This document shows positions 38,481 to 50,192 of a stretch of 64,000 nt of DNA, piece after piece. The notes below the pieces were generated by a model that saw only the letters and a list, made by a program, of their open reading frames with translations, was not told the DNA's origin and searched no databases. The DNA is from Hypanus sabinus. Taxonomy: Eukaryota. Numbering within the stretch: position 1 is the stretch's first letter; every line of letters starts with the position of its first letter. The DNA lies in contig NC_082731.1 in the NCBI RefSeq assembly GCF_030144855.1, positions 23,312,001-23,376,000 on the forward strand. The letters are read 5' to 3'. The translations under genes and the position numbers were made by a program.

Positions 38481-39925
38481 TGACTTAAGATCAATTCTTC
38501 CTAACGTTTCCTTCACTTCCATTATGAATTTCTGGATGAATTTTATCAAACTGAGATCATCTTTCTCTTCGTTTTTTTTTTTACCTAACTGTCCCAGTTC
38601 CAGATCACTACAAAACACACAATACAGAATAACTGATCGCTAGATTTCACCAACTCGACCTGTTCTAAAATCCTATCACAATGCATTCCAGAAATTCCCT
38701 ACTTGTGATCCAACACTAACCGGATATTCCCAATCAATCTGCTGATTGAAACCATCATGAGTATCATAACCTTGCCGTTTTAGTATGCATTTTCTAACTC
38801 CCGATGCACTGTGTTGATCGCTACTATTGCATTGTGGCCTGCATATAACTCATATCAGGTCATTTTTAGTTTGCAGACCTGAGCGATACCCACCACAATT
38901 CAGCACCATCCGACCCTATGTCACCACTTTCAACTGATTTGCTTTCATTTTTGAAAACTCAAGCCACCCCAACCGTTCTGTCTACCTAAATGTCATTCCG
39001 ATGCACGTTCATGCTTGGACGTAAAACTCTCCGCTTAACGTCTGTTAGCCAGGGGTTAGTGATGACAATAACTTCATAAATTCCAGTTGTATCTGTGCAA
39101 CAAATTCATCTCGCTTCTTCTATATGCTGTGCATTTTCATATATAGCACCGCATTCACCTACTTAGATTCTGTCTGACTTTTTACATTGTAACTCACCCT
39201 GTTGACTTCTTCATCGTCAGCAATATCACTCGAATTCCTTTTCCCCTGGTAAACCAGTATATCACCCTCCTTCCCCCCGAGAATGTTGCAAGTATATTGA
39301 TCACCCACGCTTTCAGGTCTAATTTGTCAGTTTTTAGAGTTCATAGACGCAGCTGACCCTGACCCTGTGTATTTCCGTCATTCACGAATTCTCCGTGAAA
39401 ACAATTCTATTCTTTCGCTCAATGGCACATAGCACGGCAACAATACAGAGATTACTAAGCGGCAGGTACCGCAAAACTTTTCTATGATATTTCCTAAAGA
39501 TTATTTTCTAGCCCTCCTTAAGTTTTCTACCTTCGTCTTTGGTGACAAAATGTATCAATACCAGGCTACCCCCCCCCCCCCCCCCAGATTTAGAATGTCT
39601 GGTCCCGAGTCGTCTCATCTGAGACACTAACATTTGGCAGGCAGCATCCAGTTGTGTCCGTGGTGCAAACAGATCGTCGGTTTTCTTTTCGGATTACTGT
39701 TAAGTTTCCTATACATCTGCAGTCCTGTTCAGCTCACCTGAACTTCTGCATCAGAGTTAGTGCCGTTGCCCGACTCACAATAGTGTGTGTATTTTTTGGT
39801 ATTTATCTCACTGGTCTTAGTGTTACAGAGGAAATGGTTATGTTTTGTGGTGCCCTGAAAAGTCTAGTCATTATGTCTGCTACAGGTGTTTTTGTTTGTG
39901 CATGCTTTAATCTTTGGTTTCTCAG

Positions 39926-39963
39926 AGTTTTTGTACGAACTGAGGCAGCTTTCACACACCGTG
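39926..39963 (-). other. Recombination signal sequence (23-type) of the V segment
   Basis: Heptamer CACGGTG (39963-39957), 22-nt spacer, nonamer ACAAAAACT (39934-39926), directly abutting the V coding end. Confidence 0.93.
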
Positions 39964-40267
39964 GTAACTAATGCACAAAAGTAGATCGCGCTGTCTTCAA
40001 ACTGCGCTGCAGATATCGTCAAAGGAATCGCATGATGATTTTTAAATAGTCGAGCATCGAAATTCCCCGTTGCAAAATCTGCGTCAATTTTCCTTGTGTT
40101 GTCCCGGTACAGTATAAACTGCGGTGCTTTGCTCGGATACAACCGGTACCAATAAATATCCGGATTATCAGAACTGCTGTTGAAAACACAATTCAGTTCG
40201 GTACCCTTTCCTTTAGTCACCTTCACCTCACGTTGATACTGTGTTACAGAGGTACCTTCAATTTTAC
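39964..40267 (-). CDS. TRAV/TRDV: T-cell receptor alpha/delta-type variable segment, V exon (304 nt)
   Basis: Acceptor ttaccgcag, phase 1, open frame: (G)KIEGTSVTQYQREVKVTKGKGTELNCVFNSSSDNPDIYWYRLYPSKAPQFILYRDNTRKIDADFATGNFDARLFKNHHAIPLTISAAQFEDSAIYFCALVT. Has the first Cys, WYR and DSAIYFC hallmarks, followed by an RSS. Alpha versus delta use cannot be told from the V alone. Confidence 0.93.
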
Positions 40268-40589
40268 CTGCGGTAAGTATTATGATTTGTCAGACATATA
40301 TATATTTTTTGTCAACTAGCAAATCTTCAGAAACCATAACAAATAATGTTCTGCATTCAACAGATTTCGCTCTCGAAACTGAAGCCTAATGTTGATATGT
40401 TAAAGTCAATCTATGACAGTATATTCACCGTATTTCGGATAACCGCTGATAAATTCCAATTATACTTCAATGGGCATATTGTTTAGTTAACCTCTGGGGT
40501 CCACACGTGGCTTAGAAAAAAATATACTGGTTCAGGATGCTCCTGATAATAATCCGTATCAGTCCTCAATAGTACGTATCAGTACTTAC

Positions 40590-40629
40590 CAATTACAATG
40601 AAAATCAATGGTAGCATAAGGAGAGACAT
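40590..40629 (-). CDS. TRAV/TRDV: Leader exon of the TCR V segment
   Basis: ATG at 40629, MSLLMLPLIFIVI + G, GTAAGT donor. The phase-1 322-nt intron splices in frame to the V exon. Confidence 0.9.
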
Positions 40630-40643
40630 TGTATTAATTCAAT

Positions 40644-40757
40644 CACCTGCACTGCGATAGAACAGGATACATTGTGATCAATTTTGTTCTTAGCAGTACT
40701 TATATATGTTTTGGGCGGAGTCACTCACTGACGATCTGACATCTATATGGCACGTCA
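40644..40757 (-). promoter_or_regulatory. Candidate V promoter motif cluster
   Basis: E-box CACCTG 40644-40649, TATATAA (minus) 40706-40700, GC box 40713-40718, CRE-like TGACG 40729-40733 and TGACGTG (minus) 40757-40751. All are short motifs that could arise by chance. Confidence 0.4.
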
Positions 40758-41779
40758 AAACAAACAACAAATCAGTCTAAATGGAAGAAATATATATAAT
40801 GCGTGGGTGATGCAGACTCCTGATAATATGTTATATGTTTGCTGCCCGTTCAAATCTTTCAGGAATACTCTATAGTACATATGTGGTTATAAATGATTTA
40901 AAAAAAACAAACAAAAAAAACTATATGCGCATTTACGGCCCTGGAGAACATAACAGCATACAGAGAGAACATTCTGAGCGCAATTCCATTCAACACTCAC
41001 GGTGCCGTGCAAAAATCTATTAAAACTTATAACATGTTTTTACCACTGAATAACATCATCTACATTTTTTGAACTTGAATGTAACAAGACCTCCTACTTT
41101 CCTAGTGAAATTCCGTGGCTGTAGTTCCAAAATATTTCCTCAGTTACACCTGACGGATGAAAAATAAATGAAGGACACATGTATTCTTTATCCGGTCAAC
41201 AGTCTGTATGCGATCACCACAGTATGTTTACACTGCTGCAGACAAGCTATTACGAAAAGAAGGCAAGCGGACTCTTATCCCAACTATGTTTGTGCTCATA
41301 TCATTTCTTTATGACAGTTGTTTTTAACCCCTGAGCATTATTAAATTCTTCATACGGAATGTCTACTTCTAACGGGTTTTATGACATGGCTTTTCACATT
41401 TGATAGACTATTGAATAAACACAAATGCAAACTGATCTGACTTATGTCTGCAGGAATATTTCCATTCCACCCCATCGCCATTCATGCTGGTATTCAATTT
41501 TGTGTCTCAAATTTTACAGATCAAAATAAGTTCATTAATATACTACATAAATGTTACCATAAGCAAAATTGTGTATCATTTTCTAGTGACATACTCAGCC
41601 CGATTATAGAATAAAAAAGTATCAAAGTATCAACAAAAGGAGTCCAAGTCAGGCTTTAAAGTAGAATTCAGAAAACAACAATCTGTGCAAATGAAAAACA
41701 AAAAAAAAGTAATAAATGAATAATCAAACAATATCGATTACATGAGATGAAAGGTTCTTGAATATCAGTGATCTGGTTG

Positions 41780-42200
41780 TCTGCACAGTAATGGTGCAAA
41801 TGAATTTGAGTGTAACTTTCATCCCTGCTTCAACAGCATGTTGTTTAGAGGGAACTAATTGCGGTTGAACCTGATGGAGCGTGTCTTGAGATACCTGAAC
41901 TTTCTTCTTGTTAGTAGCTACGAGAAGAGAGCATGTCCTAGGTGTAGCAGGCCCCTCGTAATAAATAATTCAGGCCCGCCACAGTGTTCCCTCTCTATGT
42001 GCTTAATCGTGATGGAGTTTGACGTATCCGCTACACAGTGCAGGATTTTCCGTTCAAGGACATTTGTGTCTCCATATCAGATTGTGACGCCGCCCATCAT
42101 TATATTCTCAGGCACATATCTATCGAGGTTTGTGAATGTTTTAAAGCACATTTCAAATCCCCACAATTTCCAAGGTAATGGGCAGGCTGTGTGTTTCTTC
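41780..42200 (-). mobile_element. Rex1/Babar-type LINE 3' fragment, decayed
   Basis: Reverse complement resembles the RT tail and 3' UTR seen at 15.6-15.9 kb and 38.0-38.4 kb. Confidence 0.45.
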
Positions 42201-43579
42201 TCATTTATACCTAAGTGCTAGCCCTAATGGAGGTCAAATAGGAACTTTAAGCTGCTTACACTCTTCAACACTGATCAAACAATGACATCGGATTTTTGGA
42301 CCTCTTTGCTTCTCCTCAATTATCTAATCATATCCGTGTTCTTGCTGCATTGAAAAATAAGTTATGGTTATGACACCTCTCAGCTGGATTATGAATCTAA
42401 CTCTTATAGGCTGAATCATCTCCACAATTGATCCGGTGCATCACTATGCTACCATCATCACATGTGACTATGGTGTTGAATCATTGCCGAGCCATAGAGT
42501 CATAAGTCTAAACCAAGAAGAGTAGCAGTTGAGTGTATAACAGGGAGGTGCACTTGTACTGATGGATATCATGCAGGAGTTGGTGTGGCCTATCAGAACT
42601 GACTAGATTCTGCAAGTTAAGAAATCCTGGATATAATTGTTTAAGGATATATTGAAGCCAAAATTAATAGGTTATTGTTTAGTTTTGAAGGGGTCATTAT
42701 ATTCAATGCCGACCTGTATTAATAAGAAAATGTGCAACCTAATATATACATCACTGCTGTCCAGCATTTCCAGGGTTGGGTGAAGAACATCTGAATTCCT
42801 CCTTTATTGTGGTTCATTTTCCGAGATATTGGAATAGTCAGAAATAATTAAACTACGGAATGCAATCGGCATGCCGCATTCCACGTGCTAACGAGTGAAA
42901 ATTCACAACACAGTGCTTCCATTCAGCGCTGCAGAGCTCCATTTTTGACAGTTATTGATAGAGTTCCCGATCTAGTTCATGTCCGCGCGAGTGCTCCCGG
43001 AATAATAAAGCAAATGCGAAAGGCTGAATATGTCAAGGTACGTTTTCTTAGCTGATAAGCTGTGTCGACATGCCATCTTGAAGGCATTTGGAATGCGTAG
43101 ACAATCATTTTAAAACGTTTTATGACTTATTCCAAAGCATCTTTTTTCATATTTATTCATTATATCAAATTTGAAGATGGAAAATCTATTGTGATTCTGC
43201 AGTCTGTAGCCCATGGAGTTTCAGTTCTTTATAAACCCTTAAAAGAAACACTTTTAAGAAAAGGTACGCTGGCTATTAATCGTAATATACGGTAAGCCAT
43301 AGGAGCAGAATCAGGCCATTCAACAAGCGAGGGTACTCCCCCATCCCATCATAGCTGATCTCGGATCCAACACAGTCGAATACAACTATCCCATCTTTTG
43401 ATTTCCTCACTGTTCAAGGAACGATAAACTTGGCTTTAAGTATATTCACGGACGTGGCTTCCACAGTGGTCTGCGGGGGATCATTACACAGACTTACTCG
43501 ACGCTGGCTGTATATACCGTGGTATGCAAATTTATAGGCAACAATGGTCAAAATCAATTAAATTGATTTTGGATAATCA

Positions 43580-43720
43580 ATGGGGGTTTTATGAGTGATG
43601 AACAGACCTGATGGACAATGGGATACAGAGTTAACCATCCACCACCCGCGAGAGCCACGAACTATTACTGTTGTTATGCTGACCGTGAGAAAGATAGACG
43701 AGAAACAGGCAAGTACATCT
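43580..43720 (+). repeat. 141-bp inverted copy of the LTR end and adjacent PPT at 44573-44713
   Basis: Reverse complement differs from 44573-44713 at 3 of 141 positions. Confidence 0.95.
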
Positions 43721-44086
43721 TGGATAATTAAATGGATAATTAAATGAGTCGAAGATGAATTGATCACCAAAGCTCATAAGGTTAAAGATCAAACAGTCTT
43801 TTCAACATTATTTGCAAGGTTGATATATTATTTTTGTTTTCTACAATTTTAGAGTGAGAAACAGGAAAGGTGCATAGAAAAGTTTGGGAATCCCAAGAGA
43901 TTTAAGCTCTCCAATACATTTTACCAAGTTCTTAGTCCTGAATAAGCTTGTTAGGGTTATGCCTTGTTCAGAGGCATCGTTAGTAAAGGCAATGTGATGC
44001 AATTTACAATGCTCTATAAATACGGTGACTCCACAGAACTCTTCCCAATAAACAGCAGCCACAGGCTCCTCTAAGCAGCTGCCTAT

Positions 44087-44706
44087 TTTAACGTACCACG
44101 CAACTGGGTGGCAGACCAGCAAAGATAGAATTATCCGTTGTATCGTTGTGGTCATTCAGTGATGTCCCATCTGGTCTTCAGCCAGTCCGTTCTTCTGTGG
44201 TGGACTCGTCACTCTGGCATGAGTGGACACATACAGAAGTCCACACCTGCCCTGCTGTAGCACATTGAGCTGGACTGGCCGATCTCCTGGTTCGGTCTCC
44301 GAAGCCCCCACCTTTCTTGTGGGTTGCAACACTTCATCTGTGTCCACTGGCGTGTCTGAAGTGTGTCTCTCCAGACCTGTCTTTTAATCCCTACTACGGG
44401 GTTCTCAGCTGTCCAACAATTCTGAATGACTGTGTCCATCAAATCATGCCACTGCTGCTGTCCACTGAGGAATGTTAACGAGCATTCCATTGTCCTTGCA
44501 GCGAAACAGTAAATAATTCAAAAGGAGTCACAATACGGTTAATCAGCAGTCTCCCTCTCTCTTATCTGTCGCAGATGTACTTGCCTGTTTCTCGTCTATC
44601 TTTCTCACGGTCAGCATAACAACAGTAACAGTTCGTGGCTCTCTCGAGTGGTGGATGGTTAACTCTGTATCCCATTGTCCATCAGGTCTGTTCATCACTC
44701 ATAAAA
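44087..44706 (-). repeat. 3' LTR of element B
   Basis: Colinear with 49573-50192; termini are slightly mutated. Confidence 0.9.
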
Positions 44707-47700
44707 CCCCCATCCTTCTGGGAATTTTCACCAGAGGGAAAATTAACTAATAAAGCACATGGCTGAATTACTGAGTTTAACAAAATACAGAAGTTGTCTT
44801 AACTACAAGAATAATACAGATACACGTTCAAATTAACATCTTGATAAACAATCAGCAATAACATTATCACTCCACTTTACATGGTGTATTTTAATATTGA
44901 ATTCCTGTAACAACAGACTCCAAGTTAGTAACCTCTTATTTTTTTTTCTTCTTGTTTGTCAAAAATAACAAGGGGTTGTGATCAGTATAAACAATTAATG
45001 GTATCTGTTCTGAACAAGTGTAGACCTCAAAATGCTGTATTGCCAAGATAAGTGCCAACAATTCTTTTTCCACAGTGAAGTAATTTATCTGATGCACATT
45101 GAACTTTCGAGGGAAATACGCCATTGGGTGTTCCACTCCATCCCCGGCGCTCTGCAATAGGACTGCCCCTGCGGCCTCATCACTTGCATCAGTCGCCAAG
45201 GAGCAAGGTTAAACACAGGCTTTTAACACAGGGTGATAGCACAGTATAGTTTTCAACTTCTCAAAAGCTTCCTGACCAAGACTGTTCCACTCAAAATTTA
45301 CCTGATTCCGTAGGAGCTTTGTAAGTGGGAGGGCAATATCCGCAAAATTCTTACAGAATTTCCGATACTACCCCACCATCCCCAAAAACGTTCTTAATGC
45401 CCTTTTATTTGTTGGGACAGGAACCTCGGAAATAGCCTGTACTTTAGCCTGCTCAGGAGCCAACTGCCCCTGTCCTACCGCATACCCTAGGTACTTGATC
45501 GTGGCATAGCCAGCTCACTCTTTGCGAGGGTCACTGTGAGATGGACTGAAGTCAATCGTTTAAACTGCTTCTCCACAGCCTCAAGCTGTTCATCACACTC
45601 CAGACCAATACATCGTCAATATAAGCTTTTGTGTTTGTTAACTTTCTAATCATTGCGTCAATCATTCTCTAAAAAGTCCCTGGAGCATTGTTTATCCCAA
45701 GTGGCAACACATTGTATACATAGAAACCTGATGGTGTGACAAAGGCTGAGATTTCTCGAGCCCTGTCTGTTAAAGGAACACACCTGTATCCCTTTAGCAG
45801 GTCAATCTTAGTGATGTATCTCGCTTTACCCAGTTTATTAATACAATCATCCACCCTGGCGATAGGATAAGCAGCTGTTTGTGTGATTCCACTCACCTTT
45901 CTGTTATCTGTACAGAATCTTATATCAGTCCGGCTTCGGTACAACCACGCATGGAGATGCCCATGAAGAGGAAGATTCACGAATGATACCAGAAGCTGGC
46001 ATTTGTTCAATTTATTTTTCAACTAGCTTGCTCATATCGAAATTCATCCGATAAGGATTTGTTTAATTGGCTGGGCCGAAGTAACAATAACGTCATACTC
46101 TGTTACTGTGCACCTCCTGGGAACATCTGGGTATAAATCTGCATGCTGGTTAAATAGCTGTGTGAGCGTCTCTCTTTGTGCAAGCTCCAAATGACTGAAT
46201 TTATCATCAAAGTTGGCCAAAATACCTGAGTTCTCTATTCTGGTGGGTACTATGCTTATCTTTTCAAAACGCTCAGGCCCCTCCTTATCAGTCCTTTCTG
46301 CCTTATCGGTCTTCGCTACAACACCAACCACCGTGGGGGGGGGGGGGGGTCGCGTTTTTATAACCATTGAGCATGTTAACATGAACCAACTGGCTCGGCT
46401 TTCGCCTATCAGGTGTTTCGATTGCATAATTCAGCGAGTCTAGTTTCTTCATCACTTTGTACGGCCCTTGAAACCTTGCCTGTAGGGGGTTGGTAACTAT
46501 AGGGAATAGGACAAAAACCATTGCCCACTTGAAATTCTTGCTTTCGGGCTCATTAATCATACCATTGTTTCATTTTAGTCTGGGAGTCTTTAAGATTTTG
46601 CTTTGCAAACTCGCAAACTTTATGGAGCCTTTCACGGAACCTCAAAACATAGTCAATCACATTGACTTGCACGTTCGGACTAGACAATTTTTCTTTGAGT
46701 AAGGTTAAAGGTCCTCTGGGCCTGTGACCAAAAGCTAGCTCAAATGGACTGAACCCCAGAGATTCCTGAACCGTGTCCCTCACTGCAAATAAGAGTAGTG
46801 GTAATGCATCATCCCAGTCTCGAGTGTTTTCCTGAGAGTAACTTTTAGTCATGGTCTTTAAAGTCGCGTGGAATCTTTCCAACGCTCCTTTATGCAGAGG
46901 CTAGAATTTGTTTAACTCCCAACTGTGTCACCATTTGCTGAAATGCCCGAGAAGTGAAGGTACTTCCCTGATCTGACTGTATCTCTCTAGGTAACCTTAC
47001 CGTGGTGAAAAAATTAATGAGGGCCTTTACTACCGCAGGAATCCTAATGTTCTCTAGGGGCACAACCTCTGGGAATCGAGTAGCAGCACACATCATAGTC
47101 ATGGCATACTGCCGCCTGCTCGCAGTTCCAGGCAAAGGACCCACAAAATCCACGATAATTCGGGAAAAAGGCTCCTCAAAGGCGGGTATAGGTCTGAGGG
47201 GTGCTTTAGGAATAACCTGAATTGGCTTTCCTACCACTTGGCAGTTATGGCACCTTTTATAATAGTCAACAAAATCCTTCCACATATTTAGCCAATGAAA
47301 ATCTTTCATAACCCTATCTACTGCCTTCATTACTCCCAAATGTCCACCTAGAGTTCCCTTGTAAGTCAATTTCAAAATTTCACCCCGAAAATCATTCAGA
47401 TCTACCACCTAGTGTACCACCGCCCAGTCCTCATTGGCACCGTGGTCAGCATCCACTTCCTCATTAACACTTCCTCCTTCAGGTAGTAGACCTCTGGTTC
47501 TTTATCAATCTCTACTTCAGAAAGAGCTGATTTTTTCAACGTCACCAGCTCCTCATCACGACTCTGTTCCTTTATAAAGTCCTTACTTGCTAATGGTAGA
47601 TCTACCTCCTCTCCATTACTCTCCTTAGCTCCACTATCCTTTTCCTTCTCATCCGGTAACCACTGTTCATAAAAGGTCGGCAAAAATGTCTCCGCTAACT

Positions 47701-49572
47701 TAACACTGGACTAATATAAGCTGGCTCCTTTCTCACCCGCCTTTCTTGACATGCTGAAAGTGAATGCGCATGGGATAAATCTTGGAATCTGTGGGCGGGT
47801 CCTCAGCATTTACAGGCTTACTTGTCAGCTTCTCTACTGAAAACACCTGCCAGATCGTTACAAAGTCGGACGTCCACGCCATCCATTCTTAGATCCGACC
47901 GCACCCCTATTTCTACTGGTCCAGATACCAGGTCACATTTCAGAAATATCCTGTGCAAAGGTACAGCCTATGTCCCTTTTCCATTACCTCTTAACAAAAC
48001 CTCCCCAGTCTCTGTGTCAGAACCAAAATCTAATACCTTCCTTAAAATCAATGACTGACCAGTCCCAGTATCTCTCCAGATCCGCACTGGAACGGGGCTT
48101 TTTAATTCCTTCACGGACACCGTCCCTTCCGAGATAAACTTCTCACGTCCCTCTTGTGCTCTTTCTGCCTTTGCCTTCCTCATCGATGTGCGGACCGACT
48201 CAATGCAGCATTTAGGGATTGCAGTTTTCCGTTTTCCCGTCTCCTTCTTCGGAGCAAAGCACTTCGATGCTATATGACCAGCTTTCCCACAAATATAACA
48301 CGTAAAGCTGGGAACCTTCCTGCCAACATATTTTTCCTCCTTACTTTTTCCACTAGCTTCCGGTTTATTCTGTGCCTTAGCCGGTGGGCTTTCTCTACAG
48401 TCCCTACTGCCTCTCTGGTAGCTCTTGTTTGAGGAAAACTTTGACTTATGGGCGAAAGTATACTCCTCCTTTAAATTGGCAATTGCAGACAGAGTCTCTG
48501 TCTCCTTCTCATCCAAGTATGTCTTCATACTCTCAGGGATACAACTTTTACATTGCCCTATCGGTATTAACTGTAACAGTTTATAATAATCTTCATCAAC
48601 CCCTCTTGAGGAGCACCAACGCTGACAATACTTTTGCATCTCACGGGCAAACTAAATACGTGTGGTTCCACGGCTTTCTCAAGTTCCGGAACTTCTGCCG
48701 GTATACCTCTGGCACCAACTCGTAACTCCTCAGTACAACTCTTTTTACTTCCTCATAATCCTTGGACTCATCCATGGACAATGCCGAATATGATTGCTGA
48801 GCCTTCCCACTAAGTACGCTTTGTACCAGAACAGACCAATTGCTCTCAGGCCACTTATGATTCACAACCACTTTCTCAAAATGGATGAAGCAATTATGAA
48901 CATCCATCTCCTCGAATGGAGGTAGCAACTGGATCTCCGGACCAATTTTGAACCGCTTATTTGGGTCTGCCGCACGGTCTCTTCCCTGCTGTACCTTTAA
49001 CCTGTCTATTTGCAGCGCATGCTGCCTCTCTTTATCCATTTCCTCCATCTGCCTTTCAGCTTCTTCCTCCTGCCTTTTAGCCTCCATTTCTGCCTCCCTC
49101 TCAGCCTCCTCACTTTTCCTTTCATCATCCTTTTTTCGCCCTGCAGCTTCTCTCTCCGCTTCCAGCCGCCTTTTGGGAAACTCATGCTCCCTCTTCTCCT
49201 TCTTCACAACCAACATTCAATTTTCTATAACTCAGCTCAACCTCAGTTGGTTTCCTCTCAGGGAACAGGTCCAATACATCTGGTGAAAACACACACTTGG
49301 ATACATAATGCATAGCTGTTTCTCTCTGTATATACACCTTTCTGATCGACGATTTCAACTTTGGGAGATCTCATCGTTTGGCAACATTCACCAATTCAGC
49401 CTTCCAGGCAACCTCTAAAGCCCCCGAAATCGGGTATTATAAAAATTTGACATTCTCCAACTCTGCTAGTTTCCCGTCTGGTTAATCTCACAAACAGATC
49501 ATATATGGGACTTTTATTCCGATTCACTGACACCTTAATTTGGTAATTAAATCTCGAGACGAGGCCTCAATT

Positions 49573-50192
49573 TGTTACGTACCCAAAACTGGGGGTCAGA
49601 CCAGCGAAGAAAGTAGTATCCTTTGTATCGTTGTGGTCATTCAGTGATGACCCCTCTGGTCTTCAGCCAGACCGTTCTTCTATGGTGGACTCGTTACTAG
49701 GGCATGAGTGGACGCAAACACAAGTCCCCACCGGCCCTACTGTAATATCGTGAGCTTTACTGACCGATCTCCAGGTTCGGTCTCCGAAGCCCCCAACTTT
49801 CTTGTGTGTTCCAACACTCAATCAGTGTCCACTTGCTTGTCTGAAGGGTGTCTCTCCTGACCTGTCTTTTTAATCCTACCAATGGGGTCTCAGCTATCCA
49901 TCAATTCTGAATGACTGTGTCCAACAAATCATGCCACTCCTACAGTCCACTGAGGAATGTTAACGAGCAAACTATTGTCCTTGCAGCAAAACAGTAAATA
50001 ATTCAAAATGAATCACACTGCAGTTAATCAGCAATCTCCCTCTCTTTCTTATCTGTCGCAGATGATCATGCCACTTTTTCGTCTCTTTTTCTCATGGTCA
50101 ACATAACAACAGTAATAGTTCATGGAACTCGGGGGGGGGGTTGTTTAACTCGGTACCCCATTGTCCATCAGGTTTGTTCATCACTCATAACA
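49573..50192 (-). repeat. 5' LTR of element B
   Basis: Termini tgtta...taaca, next to the PBS. Confidence 0.9.

Larger units (their letters stand above)
44087..50192 (-). mobile_element. Gmr1-like Gypsy LTR retrotransposon (element B), full-length but decayed
   Basis: 620-bp LTRs (44087-44706, 49573-50192), CTAT target duplication, degenerate tRNA-Pro-type PBS at 49551-49570, PPT at ~44707-44719. Order on minus: gag/SCAN-like (49216-48641), CCHC knuckle CYICGKAGHIASKC, protease RDTG, integrase (VDFVGP, QSDQG, ERFH), GPY, RT (KIDLLKGY, YIDD), RNase H (TDAS). Confidence 0.95.

Noticed and set aside
42909-42947. Perfect CACAGTG heptamer in unique sequence
   Set aside because: No nonamer at either spacing and no V-like coding sequence upstream.
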